This document shows positions 37,498-45,685 of a stretch of DNA of 45,685 nt, piece after piece (the stretch's first letter is position 1; every line of letters starts with the position of its first letter). Source of the stretch: Candidatus Krumholzibacteriia bacterium (GTDB taxonomy: Bacteria > Krumholzibacteriota > Krumholzibacteriia > WVZY01). The DNA lies in assembly GCA_046754105.1 (NCBI GenBank), contig JBHHVD010000011.1, forward strand, positions 1 through 45,685, written 5' to 3'. Both the position numbers and the translations under genes were made by a program. The notes beneath the pieces were generated by a model, which saw only the letters and a list, made by a program, of their open reading frames with translations, was not told the origin of the DNA and did no database searches.

Positions 37498-37938
37498 TTG
37501 AAAAAGAGACCCCCTGCATATCGGCGGTTCAGCAGCTTGTTGATCACCGCGCTTACCGGCAATGCAAGCGTCGGCGTCACCCTGCTGGTCTATACGACCA
37601 TCGCCATCTTGCTTCTCGGCTACGTGTCCGCGCAGGTCTACACCGGGGTTCTCACCCAGGAAATCGCCGAGATCAAGCAGGCGCGTTCTGTTCACCGCGA
37701 AAGGTTGAACCGTCTGACCAGCGATTACCTGTCGCTGTCGTGCCGATCACGCGTGTCGGACTACTGCGAGACCGTCCTCGGCATGGTCGAAGCGCGCGAC
37801 GGCAGCCTCAGGCGTTTCGCCGTAGACGATGCCGGCCGCGATTTTGCAATTCCGGTCGAATTCACGGAACGGGGCTCTCCGGTTATCGATCCGTATCGAT
37901 TCACGCTTCGTGACAGGACGGGCAAGTCGAAGCTATGA
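37498..37938 (+). CDS. ftsL: Cell division protein FtsL-like
   Basis: Between rsmH and ftsI; one TM followed by a coiled coil and ...RVSDYCETVLGM. AAGGAG RBS before TTG 37498. Confidence 0.65.
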   Translation: MKKRPPAYRRFSSLLITALTGNASVGVTLLVYTTIAILLLGYVSAQVYTGVLTQEIAEIKQARSVHRERLNRLTSDYLSLSCRSRVSDYCETVLGMVEARDGSLRRFAVDDAGRDFAIPVEFTERGSPVIDPYRFTLRDRTGKSKL

Positions 37939-40040
37939 AGAAGGCCAAGAAAAAGAATTCACGCATATACCTCGTCGGCGCCTTGTTCGTGGTGATGACG
38001 CTCGTCCTGTGGGCCCGCCTCGTCCAGGTGCAGGTGATCGCCCGCGAACACTATCGCGACCAGGCCCGGTCCCAGTGGAAGGTCAAGAGAGAGATGCCGC
38101 CGATTCGCGGCGGGATATTCGACCGCAACGGCAGGCCCCTGGCGCTGAGCATCCGTTCGTGCTCGGTATCGATTCGTCCGCATGAGATCAAAGCCCGCGG
38201 CCAGGTGGCCGATGTTCTCTCCAGGCATCTCCAGATGCCAAAGAGCGTGCTTGGCAAGAAGATTCGTTCACGCAAGTCGTTCGTGTGGATAAAGAGGCAG
38301 TGCTCGCTTTCCGAAAAGCAGCGCAAAGAGATACAAGCGCTGGCCGGGGTTGATTTGCGGTGGGAGGCCGACCGGGTATATCCATACGCCACGACCGCCA
38401 ACAAGGTCATCGGCTTTATCGGCCACGATAACAGGGGTATGGCGGGCGTTGAAGCGGCGTTTGACAAGGAGCTCGCCGGTACACCCGGTTGGGAGATCGT
38501 GCAACGCGACGGAACGTACAAGTCGCGCGGCTATCATACATACGCGCGAGAGAAACCGCGCGACGGGCGGCATATCGTCCTGACCATCGATGCAAGGTTG
38601 CAGGAATTGGCCGAGCTGGAGCTGGAGCGCGCCGTAAGAACCGCGGGCGCGAAAAGGGGTGGACTCATCATCATGCAGTGCGCCACGGGCGATATCCTGG
38701 CCCTGGCCGAGTATCCGTCCGCGTCATCGCGCTCCCCGGGCAATCTGGCCGATTCCTTGTGGACCATTCGCTCGATTTCGTGCGTCTACGAACCCGGGTC
38801 GACTTTTAAGCTCGTGACGGCGGGCGCCCTTCTCGAAACGAAAAAAGTGAAGAGCTTTGACGTGTTCGACGCCGAGCATGGACGGGCGGTCATCGGTCGG
38901 GCGACGATTTCCGACTCCCATCCGCACGGGCACCTGACCTTCAGAGAAGGCTTTGTATTCTCGAGCAACATCGTTATGGCCAAAGCGTCGCTCAACCTCA
39001 AACCGAAAGAGTTCTTCGAATTCATTCGCCTGTTTGGATTCGGCGCGAGGACGGGCATCCGTCTGCTCGGAGAATCCCCCGGCCGCGTGGCGGCGGTCGA
39101 GGAATGGTCCCAACGGACACAGATCACGATGGCGTTCGGGCAGGAGATAGCGGTGACGCCGCTGCAGATGACAAATGCGTTCGCCGCCATAGCGAATCGG
39201 GGCGTGCTGATGGTGCCGCGAATCGTCAAGTCGGTGATCGATGAAAACACGGGTCGAACCGAGAAGTTCGAACCGACGCGAATCCGCCGGGTTGTCTCCA
39301 AGGATACGTCCCGCCGGCTTAGAGGTTTTTGCCGGTCGGTGGTGGAGGAGGGCACCGGCGCGGCGGCGGACATATCGCTGCTCGCCGTATCGGGAAAAAC
39401 GGGCACAGCGGAGAAAGCCACACGCAACGGCTACCTGCGCGACAAGTTCGTCGCGAGCTTCATCGGATTTGCCCCTAGCGAGGATCCGGAGATTGTCTGC
39501 CTGATCATGCTCGACGAGCCGGACTATTACTACCGCTTTGGCGGCCTGTCGGCCGCACCGGTTTTTGCGCGCATCAACACCGCAATAGCCAACTCATCTG
39601 CACTCTATGACGGGGTCCTTACCCATGATGTCATCGAGGATACGGGGATCGCGGACCGGCCGTTCAAGGCGCCGAATTTTCTGCGGCTGGACCACGCCCG
39701 GGCAATGGAGCGGGCCCGAAGCCTCAGGCTCAATGTCTTGTGCAAGGGGGAAGACGGTGAAGTCGTAGCGCAGGATCCGGACCCGGGTGTCGCCATGAAA
39801 GAGGACGACTTGATTCGGCTCTACCTCGGCAGCCGCCGCGCGAGCCCTGTGCATGACGGTGTTCCCGACCTGCGCGGGCTGCCCATGCGCCTTGCCAGGA
39901 AACGAGCGATCGAAGCGGGGTTTCGATGCGAGGTCGCCGGCAGCGGTTTTGTCGCCTCGCAGAAGCCCGATCCAGGCAAGAGAACGGGAAACGGAGTCGT
40001 GCGTGTCTTCTGTAGCAATAAAGCCCCCGGCAGCGGGTGA
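37935..40040 (+). CDS. ftsI: Class B penicillin-binding protein FtsI with C-terminal PASTA domains
   Basis: RGGIFDRNG, EPGSTFK (SxxK), SSN, GKTGTA; two PASTA-like repeats (APNFL..., VPDLRGL...). Confidence 0.93.
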   Translation: MKKAKKKNSRIYLVGALFVVMTLVLWARLVQVQVIAREHYRDQARSQWKVKREMPPIRGGIFDRNGRPLALSIRSCSVSIRPHEIKARGQVADVLSRHLQMPKSVLGKKIRSRKSFVWIKRQCSLSEKQRKEIQALAGVDLRWEADRVYPYATTANKVIGFIGHDNRGMAGVEAAFDKELAGTPGWEIVQRDGTYKSRGYHTYAREKPRDGRHIVLTIDARLQELAELELERAVRTAGAKRGGLIIMQCATGDILALAEYPSASSRSPGNLADSLWTIRSISCVYEPGSTFKLVTAGALLETKKVKSFDVFDAEHGRAVIGRATISDSHPHGHLTFREGFVFSSNIVMAKASLNLKPKEFFEFIRLFGFGARTGIRLLGESPGRVAAVEEWSQRTQITMAFGQEIAVTPLQMTNAFAAIANRGVLMVPRIVKSVIDENTGRTEKFEPTRIRRVVSKDTSRRLRGFCRSVVEEGTGAAADISLLAVSGKTGTAEKATRNGYLRDKFVASFIGFAPSEDPEIVCLIMLDEPDYYYRFGGLSAAPVFARINTAIANSSALYDGVLTHDVIEDTGIADRPFKAPNFLRLDHARAMERARSLRLNVLCKGEDGEVVAQDPDPGVAMKEDDLIRLYLGSRRASPVHDGVPDLRGLPMRLARKRAIEAGFRCEVAGSGFVASQKPDPGKRTGNGVVRVFCSNKAPGSG

Positions 40041-40044
40041 GGCC

Positions 40045-41562
40045 ATGACGTCTGCACAAAGAGAGCGGCGTGGATCTGTTCAGCTGGCGGACTTGATCGC
40101 CGCGCTGAAACAACGACGTGTGCAGAAGGTAAGAGACTCGAACGTGCACGGGGTCACGAGCGACTCCAGGACCGTTGAGGCGGGTGATGTATTCGTCGCC
40201 GTACGAGGCGGCGGGCTCGACGGACACAATTTCGTGGCGGAGGCGGCGGGAAAGGGTGCCGTCGCCCTGGTGACCGAAGAACCGGTGAATGTCCGGGGCC
40301 CGGTGAACATCGTGGTGCCGGATTCGACGCGGGCGTTGGGTGAACTCGCGTCCAGATTCTTCGGAGATCCGGCCGGAAAGCTCCGGATGTTCGGCGTCAC
40401 CGGAACGAACGGAAAGACGTCCACGGCGCACATGTTTCGCGCGATCTGCGAACACTCGCGTGCGCTGGGTGGAATGGGAATCGTTGGGACGGTGGGGCAC
40501 GGGACGGGTTCCACGCTCGAGGCGAGCGTGCACACGACACCCGAACCGGTTACGCTGCACAGACTTTTGCGTCAAATGGTGGATTCTGGTTGTAACGGGG
40601 TGGTCATGGAGGTCAGTTCTCACGCGGTGAGGCAGCAGCGCATATGGGGACTCGATTTTGAGATTGGGATGCTAACCAATGTTACCCGTGACCACCTCGA
40701 TTATCATTCGTCCTTCGAGGACTACGCCGACGCGAAACGAGAATTTTGCTTGTCGTTGGTGTCGGAGCACAGATCCGGGGAGCCCGGAACGCTGGTCTAT
40801 TCGAGGGACAACGAGATCACGCGGGGAATCGGGCAGGACTTTCCCGGACAAAAAGTCGCGACGAGCATCGTGGGGAAGGGGGATGTGTACGCGGACAACG
40901 TCGAAGCCACGCTCGAGGGGACCCGTTTCGATCTGCATCTCGGGGGCGATGCCGTCGCGGTGTCGATGAAACTTCTGGGTTCGTTCACCGCGGCCAACGC
41001 CACGCTGGCCGCGGCGGCGGCGTACACGCTGGGTATCGAGGGCGCCACGATACGGGACGGGTTGGAAAGCGTCCAACGGGTGCCGGGACGGTTTGACGCG
41101 CTGGGGGGGTCGGGCAAGCCGGTCGTCGTAGTCGATTATTCGCACACGCCGGACAGTCTGGAGCGCACGCTCCAGTTCTGCCGCGGACTGCAACCGCGCC
41201 GGCTGATCGTCGTGTTCGGTTGTGGCGGCGACCGGGACCGGGGCAAGAGGCCGCTGATGGGTGGGATCGCCCAGGAGAACTGCGACGTGTGCTACGTCAC
41301 AAGCGACAACCCGCGGACGGAAGACCCCCGGCGAATAATAGACGAGATCCTGTCAGGTATGGATACGGGCAAGAAGGGAACCACCGTCGAAGTGGACAGG
41401 CGCAAAGCGATTCGGGCCGCCATCGAGAGCTCGGGCCCGCGGGACCTGGTCGCGGTGTGCGGGAAGGGCCACGAGGACTACCAGATCATCGGCACCGCCC
41501 GCTATCACTTCGACGATCGGGAGGAAGCAAGCAAGGCGCTACACGTCTGGAGCGGCAGGTGA
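40045..41562 (+). CDS. murE: UDP-MurNAc-tripeptide ligase MurE (meso-DAP type)
   Basis: GVTGTNGKTST, HTTPE, MEVSSH, TNVTRDHLDYH, DYSHTPD, FGCGGDRD, SDNPR, GKGHEDYQ. Confidence 0.96.
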   Translation: MTSAQRERRGSVQLADLIAALKQRRVQKVRDSNVHGVTSDSRTVEAGDVFVAVRGGGLDGHNFVAEAAGKGAVALVTEEPVNVRGPVNIVVPDSTRALGELASRFFGDPAGKLRMFGVTGTNGKTSTAHMFRAICEHSRALGGMGIVGTVGHGTGSTLEASVHTTPEPVTLHRLLRQMVDSGCNGVVMEVSSHAVRQQRIWGLDFEIGMLTNVTRDHLDYHSSFEDYADAKREFCLSLVSEHRSGEPGTLVYSRDNEITRGIGQDFPGQKVATSIVGKGDVYADNVEATLEGTRFDLHLGGDAVAVSMKLLGSFTAANATLAAAAAYTLGIEGATIRDGLESVQRVPGRFDALGGSGKPVVVVDYSHTPDSLERTLQFCRGLQPRRLIVVFGCGGDRDRGKRPLMGGIAQENCDVCYVTSDNPRTEDPRRIIDEILSGMDTGKKGTTVEVDRRKAIRAAIESSGPRDLVAVCGKGHEDYQIIGTARYHFDDREEASKALHVWSGR

Positions 41563-42959
41563 ACGTAAACACCCTGGAATGGGTCTTTCGGACGCTGGAC
41601 CGCAGCGGGGAGCTGTTACACGGCGACCTCGCCGGGTGCGAGCGGAGAACGTGGTTCGGCGCCACGATTGACACCCGCTCGGAGTGCCAGCACCGGCTGT
41701 TTTTCGCCATGAAGGGCGAGAATACCGATGGACACAAATTCGCGCCTGACGCGTTGGACCGTGGCGGTGCCGCGGTCGTGGTGGAGGACGAAGCCGTCAC
41801 CGGGAGAATCAAGAAAGCCGGGGGAGTTTTCATGCGGGTTCGAAGCTCGTTGCGGGCGTTACAGGAACTGTCGCGGGCGTATCGGGACTCATTGAAGATC
41901 CGCGTCGTCGCTATCACCGGCAGTTCGGGAAAGACGACTACGAAGGAATACGTCAGGACCATCCTCAAGAAAAAGTACCGCGTGCACTCGAACCCGGGCA
42001 ACCTGAACAACCACATCGGTGTGCCACTCACCCTGCTCGACACGGATCATGATCAGGAATACCTCGTGTCGGAGGTCGGCGCCAACCACGAGGGTGAGAT
42101 CGAGTTTCTGAGCCGGCTACTGAAGCCGGACATCGGCGTCGTCGCAAACGTCGGTGACGCGCACATCGGTCTGTTCGGCAGCCGCGACCGGATCGCGGAG
42201 GCCAAGGCCGAGCTCTTCACCGGCATCGATACGCAGGGCTATGCCGTTCTCCCGCAGGACGACGACTATATCGACCTGCTCCGGGAGCGTGCCCGGTGCC
42301 GCGTCGTCACGTTCGGCCGCGGCGACGGCAGCACCTTCCGGGTCACCGCCGTCGAGGAGGCGGACGATGAGATACGATTCGAGGTCAACGGTGTGCCGTT
42401 GAGGATTACCAGCTTTGCAACCTACAACGTACTGAACGCTTGCGCGGCGTTTGCGGTCGGCGACATCTGCGGGGTGGAAAGTGACCGGGTGCGTGCGGGG
42501 CTCGATGAATCCGAACCCATGGCGGGCCGGGCGCGGGTGCACAAGGCTCGCGGTGTGACTCTGATCGACGACTCCTACAACGCCAACCCTTCCAGCATGA
42601 AGGCCGCGATCTCTGCGCTGGCCGCCCGTACCGCCACGCGCAGGCTGGCCGTGCTGGGCGATATGGCGGAGTTGGGGGAGTTCGCAGCGGACGCGCACCG
42701 GGAGTTGGGCGGGTTCATAGCCGACGCCGGCATCGACGCCGTTTTCTGGCTGGGGCCACAGGGGGCACACGTCGAGGAGGGGATGAAGGCCTCCAGGATC
42801 GATTTTCATGACTTTGAAGAAGTGTCGGCGCTGACGAAATCTGTTTCCGCGGCCCTGAAATCGGGCGACGTGATTCTGGTGAAAGCGTCGCGTGCCGCCG
42901 CGCTGGATCTCGTGGTCGATGAGCTGCGGCGTACGTCGCTGAAAGAGGCGGGTGCATAG
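41559..42959 (+). CDS. murF: UDP-MurNAc-pentapeptide ligase MurF
   Basis: ITGSSGKTTTKE, NLNNHIGVPLTL, EVGANHEGEI, DDSYNANPSSM, LGDMAELG, LVKASR. GTG 41559 overlaps the murE stop. Confidence 0.96.
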   Translation: MNVNTLEWVFRTLDRSGELLHGDLAGCERRTWFGATIDTRSECQHRLFFAMKGENTDGHKFAPDALDRGGAAVVVEDEAVTGRIKKAGGVFMRVRSSLRALQELSRAYRDSLKIRVVAITGSSGKTTTKEYVRTILKKKYRVHSNPGNLNNHIGVPLTLLDTDHDQEYLVSEVGANHEGEIEFLSRLLKPDIGVVANVGDAHIGLFGSRDRIAEAKAELFTGIDTQGYAVLPQDDDYIDLLRERARCRVVTFGRGDGSTFRVTAVEEADDEIRFEVNGVPLRITSFATYNVLNACAAFAVGDICGVESDRVRAGLDESEPMAGRARVHKARGVTLIDDSYNANPSSMKAAISALAARTATRRLAVLGDMAELGEFAADAHRELGGFIADAGIDAVFWLGPQGAHVEEGMKASRIDFHDFEEVSALTKSVSAALKSGDVILVKASRAAALDLVVDELRRTSLKEAGA

Positions 42960-44044
42960 TGCTATACCATCTGTTATATCCGCTGCACGAGTATTTTTCG
43001 GCGTTGAACGTCTTCCGGTACATCACGTTCAGGGCGGCGTACGCGATGGTGACGGCGCTGCTCATCAGCTTCATAATCGGCCCCCACTTCATCCGCTTCC
43101 TGCAAAGGCGCAGCGTCTGCGAACAAATCAGTGAAGACGGCCCGAAGAGCCATGACGCCAAAAAGGGAACACCCACCATGGGCGGATTGCTGATACTGGC
43201 CGCGGTATTCATTCCCACGCTCCTGTGGTGCAACCTCAAGAACCCGTACGTTCAGATCGCTTTCATAACGACACTGTGGATGGGAGCGATAGGGTTTATC
43301 GATGACTATCTCGGCGTGATCAAGCGCAGGCCCAAGGGGCTGGTCGGCCGCTACAAACTGATCGGCCAGATAACATACGGGCTCGCATTGGGTCTATTCC
43401 TTTATTTCAATCCGATGCTCGAGGACGCCGGCACCTTGACCAGCATCCCGTTCATGAAAGGGCTCTTCATCAACTTCGGACCGTTCTACATCATCCTGGT
43501 CATGCTCGTTCTCACCGCGACCAGCAACAGTGTCAACCTGACCGACGGCGTCGACGGACTTGCCATCGGTATCGGCGCGTTCTGTTTTCTTTCATTTGCC
43601 GGCCTGGCGTACCTGAGCGGCAACCGCGTGTTCTCGGACTACCTGAACATCCTCTACCTGCAGGGAGCCGGCGAACTGAGCATCTATTGCATGGCGGTGG
43701 TCGGGGCGTCCCTGGGGTTTTTATGGTTCAACAGTCATCCGGCACAGATCTTCATGGGAGATACGGGCTCCCTCGCTCTCGGTGGAGCGCTCGGCGTTGT
43801 CGCAGTCCTGCTAAAGAGGGAGCTGCTGCTTCTCATTATCGGGGGCATCTTTGTGGCCGAGGCGGCCAGCGTCATACTGCAGGTCGCATCTTTCAAGATC
43901 AGGAAGAAACGGGTTTTTCGGATGGCTCCGCTGCACCACCATTTCGAGCTGAGCGGGTGGTCGGAGTCGAAGATCGTTGCGCGGTTCTGGATCATTGCGA
44001 GCTTGTTGACGCTCCTGAGCCTCAGCACGCTCAAACTTCAGTAG
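42959..44044 (+). CDS. mraY: Phospho-MurNAc-pentapeptide transferase MraY
   Basis: KKGTPTMGG, GFIDDY, NSVNLTDGVDGLA, FMGDTGSL, MAPLHHHFE. Confidence 0.98.
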   Translation: MLYHLLYPLHEYFSALNVFRYITFRAAYAMVTALLISFIIGPHFIRFLQRRSVCEQISEDGPKSHDAKKGTPTMGGLLILAAVFIPTLLWCNLKNPYVQIAFITTLWMGAIGFIDDYLGVIKRRPKGLVGRYKLIGQITYGLALGLFLYFNPMLEDAGTLTSIPFMKGLFINFGPFYIILVMLVLTATSNSVNLTDGVDGLAIGIGAFCFLSFAGLAYLSGNRVFSDYLNILYLQGAGELSIYCMAVVGASLGFLWFNSHPAQIFMGDTGSLALGGALGVVAVLLKRELLLLIIGGIFVAEAASVILQVASFKIRKKRVFRMAPLHHHFELSGWSESKIVARFWIIASLLTLLSLSTLKLQ

Positions 44045-44056
44045 TCGGTGCATCAA

Positions 44057-45415
44057 ATGGCAATGCCGGATAAGAAGGCGGTCTTCGTGCTGGGTCTCGG
44101 CAAGAGCGGATTGGCCGTAACCCGGCTGTTGAAAAGAAAGCGTTGTGACGTTGTCTTGTACGACGATGACGAAAGGCGGCGCGCGGATTTTCGGCAGGGT
44201 AGAGAGTTCGATGGCCTCGGACCCGGCATCGAAGTGGCAGGAGATGAAGACGCAGGCGAGAAGTTGGCGGGTTGCGGGACGCTGGTGGTAAGCCCCGGCG
44301 TGCCGCTGGATCATCGACTCGTGGCCGCCGCGCGCAGGTACGGCATAGAGGTCACCGGGGAGTTGGAAGTGGCGTACGCGCACTGTTCATCGGGAATCCT
44401 CGGGGTTACCGGCACCAATGGCAAATCGACGGTGGTCAGCATGCTTGGGGAAATCCTGAAATCAGCGGGCAGGCGTTCCATCGTCGCCGGCAACATCGGT
44501 GTTCCCTTTTCGGAGGTCGTGGACAGTGGCGAGGCGTTCGACCCGGTAGTGCTCGAGATCAGCAGTTTCCAGCTGGATACCATTCGCAGGTTCAAGGTCG
44601 ACGTGGCGGTACTACTGAACGTCACCGAGGACCACCTCGACCGTTACCACGATTCCCTGGCGGAATACGCGGCCTCGAAAGCACGCATCCTCAATCGTTC
44701 GACTGACGAGACGTTTTTCATCTACAACCACGAGGATGCCGTGTGCCAGGAGATCGCGGGAGGCTTTCGAGGACGCAAAATAGCCTTCAGCTCAGGTTGC
44801 ACGCTCGACGAGGGTGTCTATGAGCACGAGGGGTCCATCATGAGAAGCTGGGGCGGGAAGGCAGAGGAAATCATGCCGATCGGGGACTTTTCGCCGGCAG
44901 GTATTCACAACCTCGAAAACGCCATGGCCGCGGTGGCGGCTGCCATTCCCTACGACGTGCGTATCGCCGATATCCATGAATCGCTGAAAGGCTATCGACC
45001 GCTGCCCCACCGCATGGAGTTGACGCGAGTCGTCGGGGGGGTTGCATATATCGATGATTCCAAGGCAACGAATGTCGACGCCGCGATAAAGAGCGTACGG
45101 AGCATAGAGGGATCGATGGTCCTGATCATGGGCGGACTGGACAAGAACACGGATTTTGCGCCGATTGCCTCCCACCTCGGGCGGGTCAAGCAGGTGGTGT
45201 TGATAGGAGACGCCACGAAAAAGATAGAGTCCGCCATCAGCGATCATTGCCGGGTGTCCAGGGCCGCTACCATGGAAGACGCTGTCCGGAAGGCAAGCGA
45301 TCACGCGACCGCGGGCGATACAGTGCTGCTGGCTCCGGCCTGTGCGAGTTTTGATATGTTCGAGAACTACATGGACCGGGGCAACGCGTTCCGCGAGGCC
45401 GTTAACCAGTTGTAG
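44057..45415 (+). CDS. murD: UDP-MurNAc-L-Ala-D-Glu ligase MurD
   Basis: GLGKSG, VSPGVP, GVTGTNGKST, EISSFQL, DHLDRY, HRME, DDSKATNVDA, LLAPACASFDMF. Start could be 44048, 44057 or 44063. Confidence 0.96.
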   Translation: MAMPDKKAVFVLGLGKSGLAVTRLLKRKRCDVVLYDDDERRRADFRQGREFDGLGPGIEVAGDEDAGEKLAGCGTLVVSPGVPLDHRLVAAARRYGIEVTGELEVAYAHCSSGILGVTGTNGKSTVVSMLGEILKSAGRRSIVAGNIGVPFSEVVDSGEAFDPVVLEISSFQLDTIRRFKVDVAVLLNVTEDHLDRYHDSLAEYAASKARILNRSTDETFFIYNHEDAVCQEIAGGFRGRKIAFSSGCTLDEGVYEHEGSIMRSWGGKAEEIMPIGDFSPAGIHNLENAMAAVAAAIPYDVRIADIHESLKGYRPLPHRMELTRVVGGVAYIDDSKATNVDAAIKSVRSIEGSMVLIMGGLDKNTDFAPIASHLGRVKQVVLIGDATKKIESAISDHCRVSRAATMEDAVRKASDHATAGDTVLLAPACASFDMFENYMDRGNAFREAVNQL

Positions 45416-45422
45416 GTCACCA

Positions 45423-45575
45423 ATGGTAACTATGCCACAGCTCAAGTGCGATCGACGAGTCCTGCTGATCGTGATCTTCCTGATGGTGATCGGTGCAAGT
45501 CTCGTTGCGTCCGCCAGTTCCCATTTTTCGGCATCGCGTTTCGACGACCCGTATTTCCTGCTCAAGCGCCACCAG
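45423..45575 (+). CDS. ftsW: FtsW N-terminal fragment (FtsW-like only to ~45575; frame then continues into unrelated sequence to the window end)
   Basis: MVTMPQLKCDRRVLLIVIFLMVIGASLVASASSHFSASRFDDPYFLLKRH matches FtsW TM1/loop (G..V.SAS.....DP..FL.R); expected position after murD. Confidence 0.8.
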
Positions 45576-45685
45576 GCCGAAGGTGTGAACGTCCACCTGG
45601 GCAGAATGCTGACCGAGATCCATGGCCGGGACCGGGTCCTGGCTGTGAGTATGGACAACGGCAAGCTGATCGACACCGACCTGAT
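45573..45685 (+). other. Internal fragment of an FAD/NAD(P)-dependent oxidoreductase (ferredoxin-reductase-like), in frame with ftsW'
   Basis: HQAEGVNVHLGRMLTEIHGRDRVLAVSMDNGKLIDTDL resembles the H...GV.......V..I.G...V..V...DG..I.ADLV segment of Pyr_redox_2 enzymes; no FtsW TM2 follows. Confidence 0.55.

Noticed and set aside
1..45685. CRISPR arrays, tRNA/rRNA genes, transposases, integrases, prophage or defence genes
   Set aside because: No repeat-spacer pattern, cloverleaf or mobile-element motif seen; intergenic gaps are short and accounted for.

Overview
GC-rich bacterial chromosomal segment in which every credible gene is on the + strand, most with overlapping or abutting stop/start codons. 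Order: 5'-truncated SPOR-domain membrane protein, smc, ftsY; a promoter and FMN riboswitch heading ribD-ribE-ribBA-ribH-nusB-metallophosphoesterase; a ~25 kb envelope glycosylation locus (10.5-35.8 kb); then the dcw cluster mraZ-rsmH-ftsL-ftsI-murE-murF-mraY-murD-ftsW'. The glycosylation locus holds 2 SAM methyltransferases, 3 GT4, 3 GT2, an SDR epimerase, a CapD/PglF-type dehydratase, a DegT aminotransferase, a FemAB-like GNAT, 2 flippase types, 3 GT-C-type membrane enzymes and a PorZ-like propeller protein. DUF2723, the T9SS/FlgD-type C-terminal domain and a meso-DAP MurE suggest a diderm FCB-group lineage (inference). Main hypotheses: (i) a bacterial TMEM260-like (DUF2723+TPR) protein O-mannosylation system with its own polyprenol-P-sugar supply; (ii) a PorZ-like/amino-sugar/FemAB-GNAT/Wzx module resembling the T9SS cargo-anchoring glycan pathway; (iii) a GT2 fused to a catalytically degenerate phosphoglycosyltransferase. 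ftsW switches in frame into ferredoxin-reductase-like sequence in the last ~110 bp, probably a chimeric contig end. No tRNA, rRNA, CRISPR or transposase was seen. All family calls are from motif recognition by eye, not database searches.
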